A stretch of 57,192 nt of DNA, counting the filler, from Sphacelaria rigidula (Eukaryota): the NCBI GenBank assembly GCA_964200075.2. It is 7 parts of 7 records of this genome, joined end to end, with 100 filler letters (N's around TTAATTAATTAA, not from the genome) between each part and the next. Parts side by side here need not be neighbours in the genome. Positions count along the whole stretch, not along the records: positions 32,741 to 40,824 come from CAXNAA020012363.1; positions 40,925 to 49,008 come from CAXNAA020012364.1; positions 49,109 to 57,192 come from CAXNAA020012365.1; 4 more parts are not named here. One strand, given 5' to 3'. Shown piece by piece: positions 37,256-49,690 of this stretch. The position numbers and the translations under genes were made by a program. A model generated the notes under the pieces. The model searched no databases. It was not told the origin of the DNA and worked only from the letters and a program-made list of their open reading frames with translations. Each line of letters starts with the position of its first letter. Within the stretch, counting starts at the first letter, position 1.

Positions 37256-37533
37256 AAGCTCATTATTATGAACATTGTTTTTTCGGAGATACCATAATTT
37301 TTCGCGCTTTTCGGCCTCTGAACTCAGACTTCTCCGAGAACGAAGCGGCTTGATTTTTTTCTCCGAAGCCTGGTTTTAGTCGAGTCGAAAAAAGTCGGCC
37401 TGTGACGCAGCACGTCGGGGAGCTGCCCTTCGTAAACGCCGTGGCGCTCGAAAGCGTTCGAGAGTCATCAGATACCTCACCAGTCCCGAAAATTATAGAT
37501 ATCTCCGAAAAACAGCGTCGATGATAAGGGGCC
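37256..37533. mobile_element. Degenerate MITE at the start of thiC intron 1
   Basis: TGTTTTTTCGGAGATACCATAATTTT vs AAAATTATAGATATCTCCGAAAAACA inverted arms; right end ...GGGGCC-TAA is PIF/Harbinger-like. Confidence 0.6.
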
Positions 37534-40499
37534 TAATTGTATTTGCCCCCAACTGCAGCTTGATTATGTGCGGTACTGTTGTAGTGAATGCGGTTGTCCC
37601 CGTTCTAAGCCGAACATGACTTTCCTGCTGTAACTCTGCCGGTCTTCTGTTCCCACTGAATTGGCGATGTGTGGATTGTTTCCGGCATTGTTTCGAGCTC
37701 TCGGCATTTGATTTTTCGATGATTCAATCGTCCCGACAATATCCTGAACCGGAATAAGGGTGTTTCGACCGCGCCCGATGGAGTAAGTCTCGCACTCTGA
37801 GAAAGTACCTCGTTGCAGGCCCTATCATGGAGGATGGTGTGTTTTAGCACAGCGCAGTATTTTTTCATTCGAAAATATCTCGATTTGCGATTTCGCTGCG
37901 CAAGATACGGTGTTGAATACACATACTCACCTACATGCAGAGGTAAATCGACATTTTAATACAGCGCTGGGAAGCGCGGCGTATCTTGATTGCGTATGTA
38001 GTGCAGACCATGGTGTGCTTGAACCAAGTCGAGTGGGAGCCACATTCTCTTCCGCACCTCAAGGGCTTTGCCAGCTGTGCCTGCTGTTACGCACCATCTA
38101 CCAAAACATGCTGAGCATGCCACATGAAAGAATTTTGGTATCCAAGTATGAAGAGTGGCGTAGCTTCTTCGGCGTGTCGCAGTTGAAGAAAATTAATCCT
38201 GTAATTCAAGGGATGTCGGCAATTCCAAGACGTTTCTCCGTAGGCGTATGATTGCTGTAGCGTGTCAAGGACGCGCCTCAGCGATCGTCTGAGTATGCTG
38301 TGCTTGAACGTGGCCCATAGACAAGATGGGCACTTTTTATGCCACAAGGGGCGTGATCCGCCTTTTACATTCAAGTCCATGTCCTTCTACGTTGCTGCCG
38401 TACTTTTGGACACTAATTATACTGTAATGAATACGCGAGCATATCTCGAAACGCTTGCGCATGCCTCGTGTAGTACGGCAAGCTTGCATAAGTTTTGTTG
38501 GTGATGTTGTTTCATCCAGTGACCCACACGTGTAGAGCTTCATGCTTATCTGTGCAGTCATGCCCATGTCCTATCATGATTTCATGATTTAAACTGGCTC
38601 GGCGACTAGTGTCTTACTATCACGCGATGTGACACATACTCGTGTGGTATGCGTGCAACAATACAGTGAAAATGCGCGCACGATTGCATCGTGGTGTAGC
38701 TTCAAAAACTAGTGTAGTCCAAACCCTTGACTGTACTTTAAGGATGAATAGTGCCATGAATCGACCGTAGACATTCAACAAATGTAGTATGATCGAGCGC
38801 TGCATGGAGCACATGAATATATGGAAGATGGAATAATAATGATGGTATTACGGTTTCGCCACGTACAGGATGAGAAGAAAAAATGTACGCTCACCGTGGT
38901 ATACACACCAAAACTCCGAACGGGGGCAGATGGCTGTCTCGGCGCTCTCTCCGTCAGGAAAAATACATTCACAATCGATTACAGTATTTAGAATGACGAA
39001 CATCCGCACAATAAAATCGACTCAATCGACTTGAAAAGTTGGAGTTTTCCTGGCATATAATGGCACGCTAAACGGGAGAACCCGGTGGTGTTGACACTTC
39101 CACAGGAAACACACGTACACAGGCGATCGGGCGACAGCCGGTCAATGCGAAAGGCGCTCCGTGTGAAACGGTGATGACAACCCGGCCGAAACTTGTGGGC
39201 GTTTCCCCTCCCATGTGGTAGTATCGACATCACCCCCGCCTCCCTAGCGAGCCTGGTCTGGCGAAAGCTCGGCGTACTCCGCCCGGCCTGTGTAAGGAGG
39301 CGCGGTCGATGGTCTTATGACCACGGCATGAGCCTTGCCGAAAATTGTTCGACGACACGAGGTTTGTATACCTTCTTCGACGGCAAGCGATGGGCGTACT
39401 TGTGCGCACTTACTCACATGTCTAGTGCGTGTATTGGGTGTATTGGGTTGCCAAGCCAATAATCTCCGCTGAGTTGGTGAGTTCTACTTGCCACCCTCCC
39501 ACCACTTTCCTGGTCCCTCACCATTTACCAAGTTCACGGGTTTTATTGTCCGCTTTGCCTCGGGGGATTGTTATTTTTTTGTGGCATTGATCGTTGATCG
39601 TTGATGGGGACCAGGATTCAAACCGGACAGCTCCTCATGAAATAGACAACCTTACATCATCGTATGTATCGCCAATGTGAAGAGATGATGTGAATTTTCC
39701 CCCCTTTTTTGTGGTAGTATCGTAGTATCCATATCCCTTCCGAGTGTTTTCGCTTCGTGTATTTTCGCAATTTGGACTGTGGCCTGCTGATGTGGTGGCG
39801 AGATATTTTCGCCGTTTAAGCACTGTCTGATACTATGATGTCGGATTTGCCAGGTCACATGCAATAATTCTTGGATATCTTCGGTTCATGTTACAGTATG
39901 TATGGCCCTTTCCACGACTGTACACCTGGTTGTGTACGGTAGCGAACACGTCACGCTGGTCCACACAGACAGCATTCAGTTCACCAACGGCGGACGTAAC
40001 AAAAACGTCCAAGACTCCAAGAGTATGATCAGAGTAAAAGAACCATGTTGCACTCGTTGGTGAAGTGGATGTTGGAGACGGCTTGCAGTGCTGCTAGCAG
40101 ATACCGGGAACGAAGAGAAACAAATCTGCGACGAAATTTGTCCCTGTCCTCTCGACTGTACTGTTGCTATCGTAATGCTTAAAGAATAGGGTCTGCCCGC
40201 CTTTGCTTCTTCACCGGCAGCCGTGTCAACGGCCATGATGAGTCACCTGCACGCGTAGCCGTATGTCCTGTACAATTCGGGCCATTTGTTAGACGTACCT
40301 AGGCACAGTTCGACGACTGGGCACGCCTCTGTGAAAAAACAGACTCGAAACACTAAGTTGGACGGGCTGTGAAAGCTGATGCCTGCTTCATGAGTTCCGT
40401 TGCTACTTTGATATCGACAAGATTATCCAGCCCTCGTGGAGTAGCTCATTTCTACATGGCCCACCTCGTTTCTTCACCGTTGCCATGTCGAACGTACAG

Positions 40500-40587
40500 G
40501 TCTGAGGTGGAGCGAGGACGTGCGATCATTCCCTCCAACAAGCACCACGTGGAGCTGGAGCCGATGATCATCGGCCGCCTGTTCAAG
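40500..40587 (+). CDS. thiC: ThiC exon 2 (gene truncated by contig end)
   Basis: TACAG|G TCT GAG... encodes [29 protein letters not shown], continuing directly from exon 1 (split Arg codon AG|G). Donor GTACGC at 40588. Intron 37245-40499. Confidence 0.96.
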
Positions 40588-40654
40588 GTACGCACTCAAT
40601 ATAAATATTACAAGCTCGGTAAATGCCCAACATGTATTCCCCACTACATACAGC

Positions 40655-40824
40655 GACCCGGTAGTGTAGTGATCCGATTGCCGCCATGAGGGTGGAGAGA
40701 ACGAGGGTTCGATTCCGGATAGGTTGAGTTTTTTCTTCGTAATTTATTATTTCCATCGTGGAAAGCGTGAGAAGGTGAGTAAACAAAGTAGTCGACTGGA
40801 TTTGTGTGACGTGAGTTGACGCGG
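40655..40824 (+). mobile_element. tRNA-derived SINE, copy 3 (in thiC intron 2, cut by contig end)
   Basis: GGTAGTGTAGTGATCCGATTGCCGCCATGAGGGTGGAGAGAACGAGGGTTCGATTCC...AAACAAAGTAGTCGACTGG, matching copy 1. Confidence 0.85.
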
Positions 40825-40924
40825 NNNNNNNNNNNNNNNNNNNNNNNNNNNNNNNNNNNNNNNNNNNNTTAATTAATTAANNNNNNNNNNNNNNNNNNNN
40901 NNNNNNNNNNNNNNNNNNNNNNNN
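40825..40924. other. Artificial contig linker
   Basis: N run with TTAATTAATTAA. Confidence 0.99.
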
Positions 40925-41270
40925 ACTTTCACTCCGAGGAGGGCGACTCCCCTTGCCAGCGCTCTATCGACTGCAATCAGGACCTCTATTCTTCTTGCTT
41001 TCACCGTATCCTAGAGTTACTCGTCTCCCCTACTCATACCAAGAGTGTGGGCACCGGGGTCCTTAGCAGTACACTCCAAACATAGCCACCACACTATACC
41101 CCATCCTTTTTCTTTTGGGCCAATTTTTTGCAGAGGTTTTCTCTCCTTGGGGCCAATTTCTATCAGAGGTTTTCTCTCCTCTTTTTCTTCATAGAAAGTG
41201 CGTCCGACGGGAATCGAACCAGCGACTAACGTTTGTGACGGTTTTAGTTGGTTGTCTCTTAAACCGTCAC
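40925..41270 (-). mobile_element. Probable second tRNA-derived SINE family member
   Basis: Minus-strand B box GGTTCGATTCCC at ~41209-41220; ~32-bp tandem duplication at ~41117-41180. Confidence 0.45.
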
Positions 41271-42160
41271 AAGTATAACCTCCTTAAAACACTGAGTATT
41301 TGGAGTATCGATGTATCAAATAACTCGTACGCGTACCCCACCTTCGCACAAGAAGCAGACATTTGATCACTGAATCGGTGAGCGCTCGTGTGTTCAAAGG
41401 TCAAGTGTCCGCTTCTTGAACAAAAGCTTTCCTTCGTGAACAAAATATCTGGGGTTCGACTCCCAGCATGATCGATTGGAGGCGAGATTTCTATCTTGCG
41501 CGGATGTGCTTGCGAGTGGCTTGGGGCCCCGGAGATCACTGATGTGTCATGCCGGCATGGACCACACACCACATCTTCTCTGCTCAAAAAGTGGGCCGTT
41601 GGTAATTGAATCAGTGAGCCTCCACTGGTTCAATGGTCAAATGTCTGCTTCTCGAACAGCTCTGTATCAAGAGTCTTCAAAACATCCGAAGGGATGACGT
41701 TCATACTGCGACTGAAATGAAGTGATGTCAAGGAGATACTCAGAGTGTTTCTGGTTCCAGGCTGCCCTTGCTAAGTGAGGCGAAGGTGTGTACCCTGCGG
41801 GTTTCCGCTCGGGGTTCGAGACTTAGGACCGGAGAAGAAGTGTGAATCGACCATTTGAAAGCAATCACCCGTGCATGTTTTTCTTGTCGAAACCTCGCAG
41901 ACATTCGGGACGAAAATCATCTTCCGCGATCGCAAAACGAGTCGGAGCCGCTTGCTCTTGCCGTCATCACTGCCGCCAACACTACCGTGTCCTCCAAGAT
42001 TTTCTACGCCTGCCGTTTCCCATTCGTATGGAGGCTGCCGAGGGCAGAAGTAATCAGGGGTGTAACAATGGTATATTCGAAGAGAAACATGTTGTTGCCA
42101 CTGTCGAGAACTTCGTGGGGGCGCTGCGTCCTTCAGGGTCGACGTTCACGGCAAATGATA

Positions 42161-43333
42161 TCGGATTGTTATCAGAACACGCGACAAGCACCTCGTCATC
42201 TAAGTCGGCAGCTGCAGAGGGAGGATCACTGGTATGCCATATACTGTATAAGGAAGTGCCGTGATTTGCTGCGACGAATACGACTTGCTGCGGCTCTGAG
42301 ATCGGAGACGCGTACATCGAAGGAACGGATGTCGGTGTGCCCTCACCCGGAGAGCGGGAAGGACTTGTTTGCGCAGCAAAGCGGTGTTTGTCACATTTGT
42401 GCAGAAAAAGCTTCGGAACAAGGCACTGCGTCGTGTGCATTTTCGAGAGGCCGTGTCGTCTGTTGCTGTATGGAGCACTGCCTCTCCCCGTACTCAAGGC
42501 GACGTGCTTGGAATGGACGAGCACGTAGCTCTCTTCGCTGTCAACGGCGTACAAGATGCACTTCTCGGACCCCCCGTAGGGCTAAATTCACACAAGCTTG
42601 TGCAACCTTCGACTGACGTTCCCGGGCCCTGGTATGCGGTCGGCGTCGAAATGGGTGTGCCATCTTCGATGTCCACGTGGACATAAAAATGGCACACCCC
42701 TCGGGACGCCGATAGCATACCAGGGCACGAGAACGTCAGTCGAGATTGCACAAGTTTGGGTAAATTTAGCACCACCGGGTATCCGAGAGGTGCATCTTGT
42801 ACGACGTTGACAGCGGAGGGAGCGTCGTGACGGAGATCGAAAATGGTACACCCTTCGCGACGCCGATAGCACACCAAGGCACCAAACGTCGGGCGAAGAA
42901 TGCACAAGCTGGGATAGCTCCAGCACTACCGGGTGTCGGAGAGATAAGTCTCGTACGACATCGATAGCAAAGAGAGCTTCATGCCTGTCCATCCCAAGCT
43001 CCTCGCCCTGAGCTCGGCGGCAGCCATTGCTCTTTATAGCAATAGACGGCATGGCACTCTACTGCGCACGGCGCAGCACGTTATCCCGAATCTTTCTTTG
43101 CACAGTTGTGACAAGTGACGATTTGCTGCGCAAGCATTTGTTCCCACTCTCCGGATGAGGGCATACTAACATCTGTTCCTCATACGTGTCCCCGGTCCAA
43201 GAGCCGCAGCAAATCATACTCGTTGTAGTAAACTACGGCACTTCATTGTACAGTATAGGGCACAGCAGTGATTCTCCCCTTGCCGCCGCCGATTCAGGAC
43301 ACGGTGTGGTTGTCGCGTGTGATCGCAATCCGA
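42161..43333. repeat. Old imperfect foldback duplication of decayed coding sequence, centred on ATGTCCACGTGGACAT (~42676)
   Basis: The arms encode SPISEPQQVVFVAANHGTSLYSIWHTSD (minus) and SPVQEPQQIILVVVNYGTSLYSIGHSSD (plus). The right arm has an extra ~150-bp tandem unit. Confidence 0.88.
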
Positions 43334-43661
43334 CACCAACTGTCGTCAGTGTCGCGCGCGAGCGAACCGAAGAGTACTTCTTCAAACGCTCGGTCGTCCA
43401 AATTGAAATCTTCCCCCGGATGAGATGGTGCGGTGTGTCAGAAGTTCCATAGTTTTTCTTTCACCATCTGCTTTCTTCATCGGCACCCGCTATTCGTGTT
43501 ATTTTCCACCGTTGCTCTCCTTTGCTTCCTCCTTTTTGTTTGCGTTCCAGGTCTTGTTTTGCGGTCTGTTGTTATTGTTCAGTTGACTCCATCTGTTGTA
43601 TTTCCCTCTTTCGTATTCTCCCTATTTCGACTTGCCTTGAGGCAGCGTTTCCGTTCTGTAC

Positions 43662-44193
43662 ACGTCGGGCACGTCTACCCTGTGACGACGGCTGGGTTCC
43701 TGAGGGGGATCAGTTCGTGTGCGACAAAGAGAGTTCTGATTGCCGATTCTCAAGCGCTCTATCTTGTTATCCCGATCGTTCTCGACAACTCAGCAGGTGC
43801 TCCAGTCCGGGCGATCGGCAATGTTTCGTGGTCAGTCACTCACGGCGGTAAATGCATCGGAAGATGAAGGGATTCGCATTCATGATGACGGAAACTGTGT
43901 ATCGGCCAGCACGATAGTGTCCGCTCTAGTCGTGAAACCACAGACCGCGACACGACTCGATGTGTCGCAGCCCGAGTGCGGAAGACGTACCCCGCCCTGG
44001 CGTATACTACACTGGGTGAACACCACAAGGTACGCATGACACGTCGTGCGACACGTTTTGCTGAAGTTGTCGAGAACGAGCGGGAGCACAAGATAGGGCG
44101 CCTAAAATTCGGGAATCAGAACTCTCATTGTCGCACACAAACTGACCCCCCCAAGGAATCCACCCGCCGTCACAAGATAGACGTACCCGACGT
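43662..44193. repeat. Inverted duplication (~43662-43797 / ~44058-44193) that includes a LINE-tail junction
   Basis: ACGTCGGGCACGTCTA...GTGTGCGACAA...AGAGTTCTGATT...GTTCTCGACAAC and its reverse complement. Confidence 0.85.
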
Positions 44194-46299
44194 AGCCTGA
44201 AATCGCTATAGTGATCAAGGTGATATCAACAGAGGCAGATATGCAGCCGCTAGCACTCACATTTCCGCAATCTCCGACCCTTGTAGCCTCAATGGGAAAT
44301 CTTTGCCCCCACTGTGTGCATCGTCCGTCGTGTGGAATATCTCGCTCGAGGATTGTGATATACTGAGTGAAAAACGCGTTCGCGTAGCGCATACTGATGC
44401 GCACCACGGCGACCGTAGTCCTGTATACCTCCCTGTCTGCTGGTGCCTACGTCTTTAGAACACAAAAAAACTGCTTATGTTGAGGCGCCGGTGAAACCAT
44501 TTGTGAAGTTCGTCGCCCATGTGCGGACGAGAATGTCGGCGTCGACGTGGCGAAGAAGAAAATAAAGGAGCTCCTCGACCGTGGCCCGGACGGAGTGTCG
44601 AGCGCGAGTCCGGGAGAAGCATTGGCGACCAGGCGAAACGTCTCAAAAAGTCCCGTGCTCACCGAGCGTGTCAGTGGATTTCGTCTCGGCGCCGAATATC
44701 ACCCCTGAGGCGGGCATGGTAAGGTGTGGACACAGTTTGAGGCGAAGTGACTGGTTGGTGGGTACGTTGGTTGGTGTTTACCCGCAATGAGTGGTTGGCA
44801 GTCAGCCGGTGAAGTGAAGCCGGCATTTTTGTTCCTGTTCAAGGGAAGAACTATCGTGTTTTTGGCGAACGCGCATATCCTTACATTTTTCGCTGGCAAT
44901 TTATACGTCTTGTCCAAACGACGTGTGTATTAATGAAAAACACTTGAGCATTCATAGCAGCAGGTGGATATTCAAGTTGGTTTATCGATTCATTTTCGCG
45001 CATTAACTCTTCCCCGTGGGATCCAGCCGTGGTCACAAGATAAAGGTACAGTGCCGTAGGTTAAAAAAAAACGGGAAAACATTCGCTAAATGAAGCTTCA
45101 GAAAGGGAAAGGCAAAGAAAAACGATAGGACGAACGGAGTGAACTAAGCAAAAACAAGAGATGAGCGAAACGGGAAAAAGGAAAGAAGGAAAATAATGGA
45201 GAATGAGGACATGATTAGCCGGTCCCGATGAAACCGACGAAAATGAACACCACTGAACAAGTTTCAAGAAGTGGCCACCCCCTGCAGTATGGCTTCAGGT
45301 AGAAGGCCATGTGAAAATAAAATACCACGGAAACTGCATGGGGCAATATGCGTATTTGCTGTTGATCTGTGCTAGCTGCATTCGTGGGAAGGGCATCTAG
45401 GTCAGGAAAGCATATTCCACGCCAATTCTGCTCTGTTGCGTTCAAACACTACATGGCCCCAGAAAGCAATGACTGTGAACGTTCACTGCGAATGTGCGCA
45501 TGAGATGTGAGTGATCATCCTGAACATGTGGGAATCCCTGACCCCACACATCTGACTGCTCGATCAACTGATTGTCGTGTTTAATCTGATCTCCGAGGAA
45601 TCCAGCCGCGTTCACAGGATAGACGTGATCCAATAAAGTCTAAAACACGAGACTCGAGGAATCAAAATGAAGAAAAGAATGAACGAGTACAAAGGGAATG
45701 TGAAGGAAAGGAAGGAGAAGGCAAGAAGAGCGTCAAGGTTGATCTCGTATCGGTCCCGATAAGAGTAATCAACAAACGGAATGGCCAGCGTTGACACATG
45801 GGTTCAGGTAAGGGTGCGCGTGGTTATTTCTGACGTCCGAAACTAAGAGCTTGTAACATTGTAGAAGTCGACTGGTATTGACAGGGTGCGGTATCGCTGC
45901 TTCAATGGTCGCGATAAACGCCTAAGGTATGTGTACTGGGGAAGAAGGGGATTGATCGTTCGAGAGCATCGGCTCGTCCCAGATGAGGATGAAGGGATAA
46001 AAGGACGACACGGACAAACATGGTGACTGCGTGTGAATGATGAAATTTGAAGCTTTTTTCAACCCACTGCGTCGGGCAGGCCGACATTTGGTCTCCCAGA
46101 GCCTTCCTTTGAGGGCCTGGAACAGATGGGTCAGGAAGGGCCTGGGTATGCTCTTACCCACGACCTTTGAATCCCTCTCCGGGAACCAAATAACCGGTCG
46201 CGTGAGTGCGCCCTGATCCGAACGGTAAACGTTGCAGCAACGCACAAAGATTTTGATGGTCGTATGACACTTGGCATCGGTTCTCGATGACTGCGCTAT

Positions 46300-46980
46300 G
46301 TGTATCTCCTTGTGTTCTCACGTTTCAGGGTGAAACTATGATATTTTGGGGGTTGAGAACATACCGTGGCGCTGTTGTTGAGCGTGAGTATAAGGGATGC
46401 TGTAAGTGACTGCTCCGCGACAAAATATGAAAGCCTACATGGCAGCACCATGTCAGACCGTATCATAGGCCTCACCCCGCAAGTGATCACAGATGTGTTG
46501 TCGTCGCTAGGGTATGGGATACGGGAAAGAAGATACATACCTGCAGTGACACGGATGATGCGGTATCTGTACAAACCGTTATATTTCCTCCTCGGTTTCC
46601 ATTGCCCGCATCCTTCAACCAGCACGGTAACTTCGACCCGGCTGTCAACGTCTACTAGTCAGCAGCCGGGGGCGTAGCGCATCCGCACGTGACGAAGAGG
46701 GGGGAAGGTCGGAAGTTGAAGCTCCCGCATTTCGATGTGGTGCTCGCTCAACCAGGGCAAGGTGCACTCTCTGATGAGCTGCAGAAATGGTACAGTCTCG
46801 ACCTCTGCCAAGGAGATCACTCGGGGTGTCCACTGCCTCATGCGGAAGTTGAAGTCGCAGCGCAAATCCTCGAAGGAGAAGGTTGTACAAGAGGCGAGAT
46901 TAGCATTCGGTCAAACCGTCAGCGTCGACCCGCAAGAGGCGGCCTGGACAGTGTTGCATCAGCCATTTGTTTATTGTGTG
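46300..46980 (-). pseudogene. Possible decayed DIRS/Ngaro-like RT-RNase H fragment
   Basis: Minus strand ...EGCGQW...DDNTSVI...SLTASLILTLNNSATVCSQ loosely follows the DN...HI-x-x-x-N-x-x-AD-LSR pattern of YR-retrotransposon RNase H. Heavily decayed. Confidence 0.3.
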
Positions 46981-47230
46981 TAGCAATGCCTCGGTTCATG
47001 ATATTGCAAGAAAAAATCAGCAAGAGACAAGTACGAGACATTCCAGGCCGCCTCTTTCGAGTCCACGCAGATGGTTTGACCGAAAGCTAATATCGCCTCT
47101 CGTGCAGCCTGCTCGTGAGGTATTTTGCGCTGCGGCTTCAACTGCCACATAAGACGCTGGGCACGCCGAGGTTGTCCTTTGCACAGGTCAAGACTGTACC
47201 GTTTCTGTAGCTCACCAGAAAGTGCACCTT
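46759..47230. repeat. Third imperfect foldback (centre ~46985)
   Basis: AAGGTGCACTCTCTGATGAGCTGCAGAAATGGTACAGTCTCGACCT vs AGGTCAAGACTGTACCGTTTCTGTAGCTCACCAGAAAGTGCACCTT. Confidence 0.85.
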
Positions 47231-47317
47231 TGTTATGATATTCAGAGCCAGGAGTCTAGAAGAGTACTAGTAGTCGTATCGGACAAATGTGAACTCAAGA
47301 TATGCTCGGACAGAAAC

Positions 47318-47750
47318 TGGATATTACTGGTGGTAGATCCCGTCTGCTTAAAGTGCATGGAATGAGTTCCATATGAGAGTTTAAAGCTAAAGGTTCTGAG
47401 TTTCGCATGCTCGGCAGGTTGTAGTACGGATCTGGATAATATGGCTCTTGGCTAAATCATCCTACTTACAGGGTACCGGCTACATGTAAGACTTGGATAT
47501 AGTAACATTCTGTATTGCACACGCGATTTGGATATGGCTCTTGGCTGATTCAGTCTGCTTACAGGATACGAGCTTCGTGTGAGAGTTGGGTAGTACGGTT
47601 CCAAGTTGTGCGTGTCTGACAGAAGATGGCACGGGCTTGGATATGGTTCTTGGTTGATCCATTCTGCTTGCCGCACATACGTTTCATGTGCGCGTTGGGC
47701 AGTAAGGGTTCCGGAGTTTTGCATTGTCTAGGTGATGGCACGGTTCGCGG
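47318..47750 (+). repeat. Degenerate ~95-115-bp tandem repeat, 4 units
   Basis: TGGATATGGCTCTTGG(C/T)TGAT...CTGCTT recurs, with variants, at ~47318, 47434, 47529 and 47638. Confidence 0.75.
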
Positions 47751-49008
47751 GGTATTTAAATGGTACCCGACAGATTGTTGGATCTTATCGGAGTTACAAC
47801 GATTTATTGTGCCTTTCGTTTCTGGCTCGCCGTGGTCCTTGGTGTGAGATGAATAGGCATGTATACGGTTAATCCCTGTCGCAAGTTTAAGGGTAGCACC
47901 ATCCTCTCACCCGTTTTTCTGGTCAGACGTATTCAATGAAATGGACGACTTCTTGCCACCACGGACCACTCGAGTCCCTACTGGTGAGGCTTGCTTTGGG
48001 GCGAGGCTTACTTATTCGTAATGTATCCTATTCGTATATTCACTTCTCGTCTTAACGTTTGGGCTAGCTGCTGTACGGTCTCGTACATGTGGTGATTTGC
48101 AGCTCACTGAGTAGCCAGGCGTGAGCTACTGTTCTTGCGAACTCCAGGACGAAGGTTCAGTGGTCTTCCTCCCAAGTTTTCTCCAGGTGAATTCCACAAG
48201 AGTTGGGGCTTCAGGAAAGCTCGAACAAGCTCTAGTTGTGAACCATCCCACTGCACGGCTGGTCGTGATCCTGTGCGTTGCTCGCTTGTCAGTACAGTAG
48301 AACAGTCAGTCACGATTCCGGGTACTTGACTTATTTGTTTCAAGCCCTGTGGTATGTACTGCTACAACCGCACGGATTTGTTCTCTCCTCCTTGCCCTGT
48401 TGTTGGTGCTGTCGAGTTTGACAGCACGGCTCCCTTGATTACCATAACAGGACAGCCTCGGATGAACTTTCCGTCCGGAACTGCGTTTTCACACTTTTAC
48501 GTGCCGTTTTGAGATCTCACGGGAGCTACGTCGGAATTTTTCACCCCCCAGCTGAGTGAAAACAACGCCGGCTTAATTATCCCCAGTCCTTACTAGAGCT
48601 ATATTATATCGTTCGAATCACTGTCCGCGCGTTCTGTGGAATCCTCTCCCTCTGTCGATAACACTACCTCTTCCCCATTGGATTCGGCCAGTCTACATGG
48701 GTCAGCCATGCACCTCCTTGGATATGTTCCCCGACACCCTCCCCACCCGCACAGACACATTCAACTCCAGTCAGCCGCCGCTTCCCCCAACCATGCTCTG
48801 CCTGCCGCCCCTGTTGCGCAGAACAACCGCGCCATCACTGCGTACAGTACAGTGGACCCCCGAAACACAACCCGTCGTCGTACAGCTGCCGACCCTCCGT
48901 CCCGAATTCAGCATTTCATTTCCGCTATCCCCGTGTAATGCGTGAGAGGACCGCGTGCTTAGAGGACCGCGCCGTAGTTCAAAACCCCGCAGCATCGATG
49001 TTTTTCAA

Positions 49009-49108
49009 NNNNNNNNNNNNNNNNNNNNNNNNNNNNNNNNNNNNNNNNNNNNTTAATTAATTAANNNNNNNNNNNNNNNNNNNNNNNNNNNNNNNNNNNN
49101 NNNNNNNN
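49009..49108. other. Artificial contig linker
   Basis: N run with TTAATTAATTAA. Confidence 0.99.
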
Positions 49109-49320
49109 ACCCGAAGACTTTTTTTCTCAAGAGTTAAGGGCAAAAATCGATTTAGTGAAATACGCTCAACTCATGAAAAAAAAAAAATGAGGTCCACGCG
49201 TCTTTTTTTCTTTTTTTTGCCCTATTCATTGTCCATACCAAATTTCAGGGTCCATCTCTAAATATTGGCCGACGAATGGGCCTGCAAACTACAAATCCGC
49301 CTCTAGGCTGGCCCAGCTCG
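49109..49320. mobile_element. Right end of a third CGAGCTGGGCCAGC-family MITE
   Basis: AAATTTCAGG...GGCTGGCCCAGCTCG|TA. Confidence 0.75.
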
Positions 49321-49474
49321 TAACGCATTCCTTTTTTTTTTTGCATCGATGGGGAATCATGCCGAGTGTCTCTTCACGTGCCGTTGGTGCCTCCAGCACG
49401 CGATCGTACTTCACAAGCTCGGCGAATACTGCGACGTGGACTCTAGTCTTTTTTTTTCATCATACTTCGAGTTC

Positions 49475-49690
49475 CTCCCCTCCCTTGGGATGAATCCGTG
49501 ATCTCAAGAGATCAACCGTCTTCCCGGCACACACCTTACATTCCGGTGTCGTGGATTAGAGCAGCACCACCGCGCCGCATCGACTCTCGCCATTTCTGCT
49601 TTCAGCTAGTCGCGTCCTCATGTGTTCAATAACTGGAATTAGATACTTTTCGGGAAAAAAACTGAACCCACATCTGGCGGAATCCTAATC
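49475..49690 (-). mobile_element. Diverged copy 4 of the tRNA-derived SINE body
   Basis: CCTTGGGATGAATCCGTGATCTCAAGAGATCAACC matches CCTCGGGATGAGTCCGTGGTCTCGAGGGATCAACC at 24561. Confidence 0.72.

Noticed and set aside
36544..37353. ORF-track 269-aa ORF taken as a complete protein
   Set aside because: The likely start is ATG 36643, and homology ends at the splice donor 37245. The remainder reads into intron and MITE sequence.
37741..37830. TPP-riboswitch-like fragments in thiC intron 1 (CCTGAACCGGAATAA; AGGGTG...CTGAGAAAGTACC)
   Set aside because: The P4/P5 half (GAACCTGA...TAAT...CG.AGG) does not follow CTGAGA, the order is wrong, and P3 does not pair convincingly. Likely chance.
42030..42330. 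Viral minor-capsid-like C-terminus
   Set aside because: The resemblance needs a frameshift and is no better than the retroelement explanation. No viral hallmark genes are nearby.
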